Source: Lepidodermella squamata (taxonomy: Eukaryota > Animalia > Gastrotricha). From it: a DNA stretch of 64,000 nucleotides. The notes beneath the pieces were generated by a model. It was not told the DNA's origin. It worked only from the letters and a program-made list of their open reading frames with translations, and did not search any database. The stretch is taken from assembly GCA_047495785.1 (NCBI GenBank), contig JBLDXI010000034.1, forward strand, positions 744,001 to 808,000, given 5' to 3'. Below are positions 51,675 through 64,000 of the stretch, piece by piece (position 1 is the stretch's first letter; the number at the start of each line of letters is the position of its first letter). A program made the translations under genes and the position numbers.

Positions 51675-54600
51675 ATGATTTCATTATTCCTTGGGATAGT
51701 TTTGATCGCCGCAGCAGAAATCTTAGGTAGCCACTTTCGGAATGCTCATGAAAAGCTGAAGGGGTAATGCTATTTAACAGGTCAACATGTGAATCCAAGC
51801 GGCTATACTTCAACCCTCGTCGACAGCGTTTCTCTGCCAGGAGGGATTTTACAGCTGAGTAAGTATGATCCGTCCCTAGGCGTTGCTTCTTTAACGACCG
51901 AACCGGTGTTGCTCGGTTTTGCTCCGATATACGATTCCGGTATCATTTCGAGAACAGTAAGACTGCGAATCGAAGGATGTTATACCTAATTTATGCCTAT
52001 TATTGTTCAGAGTGCAAACGGTGGCAGTCTATTCGACAACTTTTTAATCGAGATAAAATTCAACATCACAAGCAAAACTGTCGAACCGAAGCATACCTTA
52101 GCGTTTGCTATCGCTCCGCGTTACGTATATTCATCTGAGACAAGCTGCAACACTGGAACTAGTGGTTGGCATGCTTGCCTGCGAATTTCCAACATTACAG
52201 GTTTTGCCGCTTACGTGAAGCCGAACGGGAATTTCATGTATTTCCTCGCGAATTCGGCGATGGAAACGAGTTATCCTGACGGGAATACGGCATGGCAGAG
52301 TAATTATTTCGGCTGCAAATATCCCGAAGGATTTCTGTTGTCTCCATTCTTTCTTTATATACTTAAATTGGGCAGCGATTTCACGATTTCTTACGCTCCG
52401 GCCTCGAGCTCAAACAGTTCCACTGTTTGCCAAGTGTTTCCAAGTAGCAAAGCATTTTCTAGGGATGAGCAGCTGTATCTAGCTGTGAGTACATCGGCTG
52501 GGCTTTCGGTTTCATTGCTGGATCTGAGGTTTTACAAATTGGAGCGAATGACTACAACAAGTAAGATTTTCTATTATCTTCATCATTTTTTCTATTTGCT
52601 TTTCTCGAAGCTACGTCAACCACTTCGACTTCAACTACAGGTAAAGCAGTGAGAGTATTTATGGCTCGAAATTATTAATGTCTCTCTAGCTGATTACGGA
52701 AGAACAACCTGCGTGGCAGGATCCACACTACCGGGTAAGTTTTAATCAACTTTTTCGAAAATTAAAATATGGCGCAATATGTTCGTGACGTCAAAACTAA
52801 CAAAGAGAAATTGACGCATTTTACGAACTATTGATTGATTTTTCAGGAGTTGAAGGACTTCTACAGCAACAGTTGAGTCAGTACAAATGTAGCTCTCACT
52901 ACGCCTTCCCACCAGGGGCGAGCTATACTTCCGCGAATGGCCCTTATTATGCGGAGGACCTCTATATCGTTATGGGCGTGTCCCAAGACCAAGGTTTCGT
53001 TTTCGATGAGGTGAGTTACTGTTTATTAGCAAACCCGATCTGATGCGAACGTTATAATCATTGTTTTCCAGAACTTGAATTCGATTGGTTCGACCAGTTT
53101 TGTTCTCGATATGTCATTCGTCTAACGGCCGCAATTCTTTCGGCATTTTCATCGCGCCAAATGCCAGTTTCATCTACAGCAATTGTCCAACAGATCGATC
53201 CAAGCCTGAAAACATGTGTTTCAAAAACGGGGAAATGCTCGGCCTGGCAGTTGTCGTTCATTCGAGTCAACGGGCGATTTATGCCTTCGCAGCAACGGAT
53301 TCCCCTATAGCAATCAACACTATTGTGCCAGTTTCGACATCGACCTGCTCCACAGATTTTCCTACTTCCGACTCTTTCCCTTTAAGAATCGTTATTGAAA
53401 GAGTCGGAAGCACCAATTGGATCTATTTTTCTCAATCGACCAACCCGAGTGACTTGAGGTACTGCTGCAGGATTGATGCGCCTGATCTGACGTCTGGGAG
53501 ATTGTCAGACCTTCGAATTGGGATTGCAACTCTGAAACTGACAGCTTTGAGGATTGATAGCATCAAGTTCTACACGGCGGACAGTTCCTCAACATCGACT
53601 ACTACTACAACGACTACTCCTACTTCAACAAGTACCACCTCGATCGCACCGATATCGACAGTTTCAACACGTAAGCACGTGGGCATGACTCTAAGGAGTA
53701 ACCTTTCAACATTTTGAGGATGCTTTTAAGGGTGCTGGGGATCTATGTTCCGACACCCCAGCTTCAAGATTCAACCCCCAGGAAGGCTAAATAAATCCTC
53801 TTAGTTTCTTCAAATGGACACTAGGAAGAGCCTCAGCTTCAGAATCCTACCTAATTCCCATACGGAATTGGGGAAGCGCAACCCCTCCCCTCCCCCAAAA
53901 GGTGGTAAACCCCCAAAACCACACCCCTTTGTTCATGCATACTGAGGTTCGAGAATCGTACTTCGCGCAGATCATCGTTCATCTATACCGTACTATACCA
54001 TGATACTACCCTCGTTAAGAGTGGGAATTTCGGTAATGTATAGTTTTTTATTTCCTTCATATTTTTCAAGCCGATTATTCCAAGATGCCATGCTCAGATG
54101 GAGAGGCTATTCGAGGTAAACATCGTTTGATAATCCCGATAATCATCGTTATGAAATCATTTGAACTTCAAGCTCCTAAAAGTCTTTTGATGGCCAAGAC
54201 AGCAAACTATCTATGCCGCAGTATCTTTACTCATCCGGGGGATAATTACGAATTAGGGAGTAGCGTGATTATTGCCAATGACCTTGCGACGCTTGGCATT
54301 GATGCTGATAACGTTATGGTCGCTCAAAAGGTACTATGCCCCCTCTAAATATGTGTAAGTCTTCGTATGAGTTTGTTTCAGTCCATTCAATTTGTTGGGC
54401 AAACAAGTTTCATTCTCGATTCTTGGTTCGAAATTTCTTCATATGGTGATTGGAATAAGTTCGGCGTCTTCATCACGCCCAGAGATCGCGTTACTATAGC
54501 TCCGTACTGCCCACCTGAAAACCCAACAGCATACAGCATGTGCCTGAATACCGGCGAATTTCTCGGATTTGTTGTTTTCGTTGATGTGAAAAATGGCCGA

Positions 54601-57157
54601 ATCTACTCCTACTCGACTACTGATGTAGTGGCAAAAATCGACCCATCTGTGGTTCCACCAGATGCCTCACGCCATTGTCAGTTTACCTCACCTTCATCAC
54701 CCAACGAATCTACGGAATCGACGTTTGACTTTCGTCTTTTAATTGAACGCGTCGGAAACGCGAGCTATATCTACTATTCGCTGTCGAAAGATCCGAACGA
54801 ATTGACCTACTGCAGCGAGGAGAATATTGAAGGGCTGGTTTTGAGAACCAAAGATCCTACTATCGCTATCGGATCCCAAACAGGCACTATTTTGGCGGTT
54901 AAAAGCGTTAAATTCTACATGGTTGACAGCTCTACTACAACAACAAGCACTGAAACGACTACAGTTACGAGTCAGACACAAACTCAGGGTCAGTCAACTG
55001 CAAATTCAGAATCTACATCAGCTCAGTCGCCATCCATCCGAAGCAGTTCAACCGCAACTCAAGGCCTAGCAGCCACGAATTCGGAATCTACAACAACTTT
55101 GTCGTCAATCATTCCAAGCAGCTCTGTCACATCAATTTCGAATCCTCTCGCCCCCAACTCGGAGGTTCCAGCCAATGCCCCGCCAGAGAAATACGTTTTC
55201 GCAAAGGAAATGTCTTACCCAAAATCTCAAGGTTAGTCTCGCAATAACCTTGAATTTGCTTTGAATCATTCATTTCAATTCCAGAATCCTACAATATGCA
55301 GTCAACCGTGACAATTGACGCAAACGGCGTAGCTCAGTTTGATGATGGTTCAGGGCAGGATGGAATTATGTACTCGAAATTGGTAATGATGCCCTTTTTT
55401 CATTTCAATATTAATTACCTCGACTTTTGACTAAGAAACTGAACGAGCTCAACATTGTGAATTGGCGAGTTGAAGCATCGCTCACCATCAAATCTCGCGG
55501 GGACCTTTTTTCGCTGTTCATAGCCCCTCGCAGCTCTATGGCTGATAACCTCCTCGAATGCAATCCTAATCAGGAAGAAATGATGTGTTTGCAAATGGCG
55601 AAACTACGAGGGTTCATGATCTATATCAAACCCAATCAAGGGATTATCTACCCGTTCAACTCGGACCAAATCATATCAGATTCTCCGTTGACTACGCTGG
55701 CCTACGACGACCCTCGTTACTTTGGGAAAAGCTGTAATTCTACGTTCAAAGATAACCAGTCGTTTGACATTGTGGTCGAGGGTTTCGAAAATGTGGCCAC
55801 AGTTTACGTTAGACTTCAGGATATCGGGACAACATCACCGTCACCATTCGTACCATGCTTCAAACTAGATATCACTCCTAATCTCATGAAATGGGACGAT
55901 GTTCGACTTGGGATTGGTTTGAGGGCGGGGACTAAGTTCGATTTAACAAAGTTAGCATTCTTCAATATTTCAAACGATGGCGAGGAATTGGACGATGAAC
56001 TTGGCGTATCAGGCATTGTGCCTTTGATGGTTTCACCAAAAGGAAAGATTGAAGGATCAACACGGGATTTTCTTAAGTATCTCTACCCAGACTTCCCGCC
56101 AGACACTTCGAAGCCAGCTATAACAGCGGAAGAGCTGATTCGGTACTGCGATGATTTCACGGTTAAGCGGATAGCTCCTCCGAATAATGGAAATTCCACG
56201 CCGGTAACCACCGTATTCCTGATTGATAAAATCGTGAAAATGGAGGATGTCAATGAGAGATTCACGATCAGTGGTCTGTACTTGCAGAATTGGGTGGTCA
56301 TAACGTGTCACCTCGAATCCAAACATTTGTTCTCAGTTAGAAAGATTGATCGTTTATTCGCTGTAAACAAATCACTTGTTTGGTATCCCGAGTTCCTATT
56401 CTTATCAAGCAGTGATGATATCTACATGAAGGGTGATAACTTTGATGATGATATGGTTGCAATTCTGAAGAGGAAGGGTGCAGCCGGATTGGATATATTG
56501 TTTTTCCAGCTGAAACAAGGATTCTTTTCCACTGAGTGCCCACTTGATATCTCGAAGTTTCCGTTCGATTCTCAAACCTGTGAATTCACATTTTCGCAAC
56601 AACAATCGGTTTACCTTGTGAACTTTGGCGATGTCTTCTTTATTTGCCCTGAACAAGGCTCGACTGAATGGAAAATCTCGGAATGCCTAACTACATGGAC
56701 AACCATTCGCCAGTCTGGTCATGATGTTGTATCAGTGACCTTCAAAGCCGTAGTTAGTAGAAAATATGCGTACTATGTGGCAAATTCTATCGGACCGAGT
56801 TTGCTACTGGCTCTACTGGAACTAGCAACCTTTTTGATGCCATCAAGCCGACCTGATAGACCCATGTTTTCAGTCACTTTGCTGCTTGCTCTCACGGTTG
56901 CTGCGTCAAATGTCCTGAGCCAAGTTCCGCATACTTCGAAGCGTGTCTTTTTGAGTGATTACATTCTCGGCCTCACAATGATCGCAGCCATTATCACGGT
57001 ATACCACCTTTTCGCTTGTTACTTGGCGAATGCAGGCGATAAAAATGAGCGCAAAGCAAGTGGATTAATGAAGAAAATCGATTTGGCCGTTTTTCTCTTG
57101 ATAACAGTCGGATTTTGTGTTTTGCAAGGCTACTCTGCCAAGGCCATTTTGAACTGA
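51675..57157 (+). CDS. Cys-loop ligand-gated ion channel with four N-terminal lectin-like domains, copy 1 (12 exons; apparent 11-nt deletion at ~53112)
   Basis: Exons 51675-51726, 51781-51956, 52011-52560, 52611-52640, 52690-52734, 52847-53010, 53072-53670, 54071-54115, 54173-54330, 54382-55231, 55285-55382, 55436-57157; all introns GT-AG. Cys-loop CPLDISKFPFDSQTC, WYPE, M1-M4. Exon lengths sum to 4489 nt, or 4500 nt once the 11 nt present in copy 2 are restored. Confidence 0.8.
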
Positions 57158-58572
57158 GAGACCGCAGTTTTAGAATACACATTGCAGGTAAATTCAACGA
57201 ATTAATGTTATTTATATTTCCGGAATGCATCTTAATGGCCTTTTCGAATAAATAACTTATGTCTCTTTTGAGTCGTCCAGCATATAGAGCACACAAAACG
57301 AGATGGTTATGAGACAGTCTATTAATTTTTCCAGCCTGGAGCATAAAAAGCATGCCGCCACCTGTGCTTGAATTTACGAAAAAATAGCATTGCCCCCAAC
57401 AAGAGCTGAACCATCGCGTTGCTTCTTCGCTGAAACTGGCGAAACTGGCTGAAACTGGCAAGTGTCCAATTTTATATGTTTGACCATGCAGTTGTGCAGC
57501 ATCTCTGTGATTAGCCAATTATGATTTAATTTCCCACACATTTCTCTCGCGATTTGAGCTTTTTCTCGGGGTCTGCTGCTATAAATATCGCAGACTAACA
57601 TTTATAAACAAATGTTAATCAAAAGGTGAGTTTTGACGCCGGATAACACCCACATTGGGTCTTATCGCTAGAAATTCTCGTCCTTTATTCGCGACTAAGG
57701 CCTGCTGTTCATCCTGATATCCACCGATAACACCCCGGTATATTGCTATGTTGTATATCCGCGCCACTCCACTTTCAAAAGAAAATCAAAATACTTGGAA
57801 AGCGTCCCTTTTTAACAGGTAAACTGTTCTTCATTATTATTAGTTCGACATCAAACACGGTTTTGCAAGGTTCGGAGTGGCGCTCGATCCAGTGTCCCGA
57901 CTAGGCTCAAATCCCGAGGGTGAATTTGTCCAGCCAATATTCTGAAAACCGAGTTTTCGCCGATAAAACGAAGATAACGTTGCAGGCAATCGGGAGAAGC
58001 GGTTGAACATGTTGCTGCCATTCTGTTCTTGGTATCAGGAAGCGACAACTTCTAGGCAATTCCTTCTAAATCACATGTTAAGCTTGTGTTAACCACTTCC
58101 CATTTTGAACATAGGCTGTGAATAGCTTGATAATGTCTAAGGTCGTGGAGTGTTTTACGAGGTTTTGAAATTACAATAGGCCAGCGTTGCAGTAAAGCAA
58201 TAATTGAACGAAATTGGAACGAGCTTAAGCGAATTATTGTCTTTCTCAGCCTGCTATGTATCTCTCCAGCAAATAAAAGATCAATAGGAGGAAAACATCA
58301 GACATTGCGTCGTCAACATTCGCCAATTGGATATTAGAAATCGCTAGCATCACAAAATAAATAATCTGGTTTGTCTGAAGTTTTAGCGGAACGCGAAACC
58401 TCGTCGTGTTGCGTTAGATTCGTAATATCACAGCCCACGTGTGAACTACCAGCAAGTATGCTTACTTTTATTTGATAGGGCGGAAATTGAAAAACAGCGA
58501 TCAAAAGTCAAAAGACAATTTTATTCGGATTACTGCAGTTTCAAGTTTCAAGCAGAAACCACTTGAAATAAA

Positions 58573-61500
58573 ATGATTGTATCTCTTGTGATAGTTTTAT
58601 TGGCTGTAACAACAAGCTTAGGTAACCCTTTTCGGTATTCTTTCGTAATGCTGAAGATGAAAAGGTATTTTACAGGTCAACATGCGACTCCGGATGGTTA
58701 TACATCGAGTCTAGTCGACAACGTTTCTATGCCAGGAGGGATTTTACAGATGAGTGTATATGAATCGACTCACAATGTTGCTTCTTCATCAACCGACCCG
58801 GCATTGCTTGGGTTAGATCCACGATACGCTTCCGGTGTCATTTCAAAAACAGTGAGGCTTGAGATTGATGCAAATTTTAACATATTTTTCCAAATCACTG
58901 CTCAGAGTGCAAATGGCGACAGTCTATTCGAAAACTTTTTAATCGAGATAAAATTCAACATCACAAACAAGACAATCGAAATCGACCCGAGGTCTACCTT
59001 AGCGGTTGCCATCGCTCCGCATTACGTATTCTCAGCGGACGCAAACTACTGCAACACTGGCCATAGCGGTTGGCACGCTTGCTTGCGAATTTCGAACATA
59101 ACAGGTCTTGCTGCGTACGTGAAGCCTAATGGGAATTTTATGTATTTCTTTGCAAATTCGGTTATGGATACGAGTAAACCTGACGAAATAACAACATGGC
59201 ATGACGATTATATCGGCTGCAAATATCCCGAAGGATTTCTGGATTCGCCATTCTTTATATATCTGAGTAAAGTGGGCAGCGCTCTTTCGATTTTCTACGC
59301 TCCAAGTTCAAGTCCAAATAGTTCTAAACTTTGCCACTTGTTTCCAACCAGTAGCGATGCATTTCCTATGACTGAGCAGCTGTATCTAGCCGTGAGTACA
59401 TCAGTTGGGCTTTCGGTTTCATTGCTGGATCTGAGGTTTTACAAATTGGAGCGAATGACTACAACAAGTGAGATTTTCCTCCCGATTTACGTCAAAACTT
59501 ATTGATTTAATCTTCTCGAAGCTACGTCAACCACTTCGATTTCAACTACAGGTAATGCAGTTAGAGAACTTATGGCTTGATTTTATCGATGCTTTTCCAG
59601 CTGATTACGGAAGAACGAAATGCGAGCCAGGATCAACTCTGCCGGGTAGGTTTTAATAAAAAATTTCAAAAATTGGGATATGGCGCAATAGGCTCGTGAC
59701 GTCAAAAACAACAATGTGAAATTCAAGCATTTGACGATTGATTTTTTAGGAGTTGAAGGAATTCTGCAACTACAGCTGAATCAGTATAAATGTAGCTCCC
59801 ACTACGCCTTCCCGGGGGCAAGCTATCAGCCCGCGAATGGCCCTTATTATCCGGACGACCTTATTGGCGTATCCCAAGACCAAGGCTTCGTTTTGGACGA
59901 GGTGAGTTACTGCTTAGCAAACCCGATCTGATGCGAACGTTATAATCATTGTTCCACAGGACTTGAATTGGATTGATTCGACCAGTTTCGTTCTCGATAT
60001 TTCGGTCAACGTTCCTCAGTCTGCCGACCGCAATTCTTTCGGCATTTTCATCGCGCCAAATGCGAGTTTCATCTACAGCAATTGTCCAACAGATCGATCC
60101 AAGCCTGAGAACATGTGTTTCAAAAACGGGGAAATGCTCGGCCTGGCAGTTATCGTTCGTTCGAGTAATCCAGCGATTTATGCCTTCGCAGCAACGGCTT
60201 CCCCTATAGCAATCAACACTATTGTGCCAGTTTCGCAAACGAATTGTTCGACAGATTTTCCTGCATCTGACTCATTCCCTTTAAGAATCGTTATTGAAAG
60301 AGTCGGAAGCACCAATAGGATCTATTTTTCTCAATCGACCAACCCGAGTGACTTGAGGTACTGCTGCAGGATTGATGCGCCTGATCTGACGTCTGGGAGA
60401 TTGTCAGACCTTCGAATTGGGATTGCGACTCTCAAGCTGACAGCTTTGAAGATTGATAGCATCAAATTCTACACAGCGGATAGTCCCTCAACATCAACGA
60501 CTACCACCACACAATCGCAATCGACGAGCCCTCCAGGTGAGCCATAAGGGTCCGAAGCATGGTATCATAGAGCTTAATTTACCTGTCTCTCGGGCTCTCC
60601 CATTCAACTCTAAGGATTGTTGTATTTTTAGATTTTATTCAAGTTTGACATTCTTTTTAGATGCCTCTTATGCCAAAGTAACAGATAGCGGGCAAACAAC
60701 AGGAAGGCCGAAATTCCTAATTCTCAAATTTGCGTCTACTTCCAGTGCTTGAAGTAGGATCCTCGAACTAGGGCCCAAAGTCCTTTTTTATATTAGTCTT
60801 CCGCATTGGGAACTGGGGCTGAAGGGGTGCTACGATAGTTCGCGATTTGGCGACTTCGGTATTTATTGGCACTAGTACCTAGTACCAAGATTGAGGATTT
60901 CAACCTGTAATTCCGTTTCCTTCTTATTTTTTGTATCAAGTTGATGACAATTACTCAAAGATGCCATGCTCAAACGGAGAAGCTATTCAAGGTAAACATC
61001 ATTCGATAATCAAAACATTCATCGTTATGAAATAATTTGTACTTCTAGCTCCTGCAAGCCTTCTGAAGGCCAAGACAGTAGACTATCTGTGCCGCAGCAA
61101 CTTTACTCATCTGGGGAGTAATTATGATGGAGTAGGGGAAAAGGTTATTATTGTCGATGGCCTCGCGACGCTTGGCACCGATAATGATAACGCTTTGGTC
61201 GCTCAACAGGTATTTCACTTAAGCAATAAGAAGCAACAATGTTTCGCACAATTTATCTTCAGTACATCCAATTTGTTGGGCCAGCGGGTTTTATTCTCGA
61301 TACGTGGTTCAAAATCCCACCTGGCAACCGGAATAAGTTTGGCGTCTTCATCACTCCAAGAAAAAAGATCATTGCAATCGTTGGATCCGTCTGTCCCGCC
61401 ACTGACCGGACCGAAAATAGCATGTGCCTTAATACTGGCGCACTGCTTGGATTCGCTGTTTTCGTCGACGTAGCGAATGGTCGAATTTACTCCTATTCAA

Positions 61501-63768
61501 CTACTGATGTAATGGCGAAAATCGACCCGTCTGTGGTTCCACCGGATGCCTCACGTAGCTGTAACTTCACATCAACCGCCTCGACTATAGACTTCCGGCT
61601 GTTGATTGAACGTGTCGGAAATACTAGCTATATCTACTATTCGCTATCAAATGATCCGAACGTATTGACCTATTGCAGCTGGGAAAATATAGAAGGGCTG
61701 ATTGCGAGGAGCATCGATCCAGTCATCACTATCGGATCCCAAGCGGGAACTATTTTGGCGGTTAAAAGCGTTAAATTTTACATTGCTGAAAGCTTCACAA
61801 CAACAACAACAAGCACTACACTTTCTACAACAACCGCCTCTATTTCAAAGTCGGTTCCTCTCATCCCCAACTCGGAAGCTCCCGCCAGTGCTCCGCCAGA
61901 GAAATACATTTTCGAAAAGGAAATGTCTTACCCAGAATCTCAAGGTTAGTCTCGAAAATCCTCGAATTTCCTTCTAATTATTGGTTTTCTATTTAAGAAT
62001 CCTACACCATGCAGTCAACCGTGACGATTGATGCTAAAGGCGCAGCCCAGTTCGGAGATAATTCAGGACTGGATGGAATTATGTACTCGAAATTGGTAAG
62101 GTCTTAATTTCATCCCAACATAATTTACCTTTGGTTGTTGAATAAGAAACTAAACGAGCTCAACATCGTGAATTGGCGAGTTGAAGCATCGCTGAACATC
62201 AAATCTCGTGGGGACCTGTTTTCGCTGTTCGTCACTCCTCGCAGCTCTATGGCTGATAATCTAGCCAGATGCGACTCTAATTCGGGCGAAATGATGTGCT
62301 TGCAAATGGAGAAACTACGCGGTTTCATGATCTATATAAAACCCACCCAAGGGATTATCTACCCGTTCAACTCGGATCAAATCACATCAGATTCTCCGTT
62401 GACAACGCTGCCCTACAACGATCCTCGTTACATTGGGAAAAGCTGTAATTCTACGTTCAAAGATAACCAGTCGTTTGACATTGTGGTCGAGGGTTTCGAC
62501 AATGTGGCCACAGTTTACGTTAGACTTCAGGATATCGGGACAACATCACCAACGCCATTCTTACCATGCTTTAAAACCGATATCACATCAAATCTAATAA
62601 AATGGGACGAGGTTCGCCTTGGGATTGGTTTGAAAGCCGGGACGAAGTTCGATCTAACAAAGCTCGCATTTTTCAACATTTCAAAGGATGGCGATGGATT
62701 GAATGAAGAACTCGACGTATCAGGCGTTGTGTCTCTTATGGCTTCACAGAAGGGAATTACTGATAGATCGGCCAAAGATTTTCTCCAGTATCTCTACCCT
62801 GACTTCCCGCCAGATACTTCGAAGCCAGCTATAACAGCGGAAGAGTTGCTTCGTACTTGCGACGATTTCTCGGTTGAGCGGGTGGCTCCTCCTAACAATG
62901 GCAACTCAACCCCCGTTACCACTGTATTCCTCATCGATAAAATCATGAAAATGGAGGATGCTAACGAGAGGTTCACGATCATTGGCCTATACCTACAAAA
63001 TTGGGTGGTTTCAACTTGCCACCTTGAATCCAAACATATGTTCTCAGTTAGAAAAACTGAGCGCTTATTCGCTGTTGATAAATCCATCGTCTGGTATCCT
63101 GATTTCTTATTCTTATCGAGCAGTGATGATATCTACATGAGTGGTAATAACTTCGATGATGATATGGTTGCGCTTCTGAAGAGGAAGGGAGCAACTGGGT
63201 TGGATATATTGTTTTTCCAGCTGAAACAAGGTTTCTTCTCGACTGAATGCCCTCTCGATATCTCCAAATTCCCATTTGATTCTCAAACTTGTGAGTTCAC
63301 TTTTTCGCAGCAACAATCGACCGATCTTGTGAACTTCGGGGATGTTTTCTTCATTTGCCCGGAACAAGGCTCGACTGAATGGAGAATGTTGCAAATTCTA
63401 TCGGGCCGAGTTTGCTACTGGCTCTTTTGGAGCTAGCAACCTTTGTCATGCCTTCAAGCCAGCCCGATCGGCCCATGTTCTCAGTCACTTTGCTCCTAGC
63501 TCTGACAGTTGCGATGTCCGATGTTCTGAGTCAAGTTCCGCATTCTTCGAAGCGAGTGTTTCTGGGTGATTATGTTCTTGGCCTCACAATGATTGCTGCT
63601 ATTATCACGGTATACCACCTTTTCGCTTGCTACCTTGCGAACAAAGGCGACAAAATTGAGCGCAAAGCAAGTGGAGTAATGAAGAAAATCGATTTGGCCG
63701 TTTTGGTTTTGGTAACCGCCGGATTTTTAGCTTTGCAAGGCTACGCTGCTAAAGCTATTTTCTACTGA
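58573..63768 (+). CDS. Lectin-domain Cys-loop channel, copy 2 (12 exons; 100-nt deletion at 63387/63388 causes a frameshift before M1; possible pseudogene)
   Basis: Exons 58573-58621, 58676-58851, 58906-59467, 59522-59551, 59601-59645, 59750-59901, 59960-60536, 60941-60991, 61049-61209, 61263-61944, 61998-62095, 62147-63768. Same intron positions and phases as copy 1; lacks the equivalent of 56677-56776. Confidence 0.78.
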
Positions 63769-64000
63769 GAGAAACCATAATTTCAAAATGCAAAATGTAC
63801 TCCGTTATATCAAGCGACCTGATTTTCTTTCAGGGATGTTCTCATATGGCCTTTTCTAATAATAAACTTGTTTATCGTGAATTTGTTCAATACTCATGGT
63901 AGAGAGAACGAGTCCCAATTGTAGCTTACGTGTTGTCGAGTCGTCTAAAGTTCCAAGATACATATGATCTTCGTGAATGGCGTCGTCCTTCAGACCTCTA

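Noticed and set aside
58573-59505. 310-aa ORF as a stand-alone secreted gene
   Set aside because: It reads through two 54-nt stop-free introns whose counterparts in copy 1 contain stops; it corresponds to exons 1-3 of the channel gene.

Overview
Compact, AT-rich animal (invertebrate-type) genomic DNA with short GT-AG introns of about 50 nt; the species cannot be assigned from the sequence. From left to right it contains: two paralogous secreted Cys-rich proteins, a GABA-B-like class C GPCR, an intronless bacterial-type PHB depolymerase with a substrate-binding domain, an ankyrin pseudogene, a degenerate MULE, an orphan multi-TM gene, a divergent nuclear receptor, a LIM protein and an apparently intact Mutator (MULE) transposon. 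Next comes a tandem array of four more GABA-B-like GPCRs (one a pseudogene) interleaved with LINE, hAT and Tc2-like elements. The window ends with two tandem 12-exon genes. Reconstructing their splicing gives proteins of about 1,450-1,500 aa in which a signal peptide and four L-type-lectin-like beta domains are fused to a complete nAChR-like Cys-loop channel lacking the canonical ACh site. This lectin-channel fusion is the strongest candidate for an undescribed system. As assembled, each copy carries a different frameshifting deletion, so the lesions need checking against reads.
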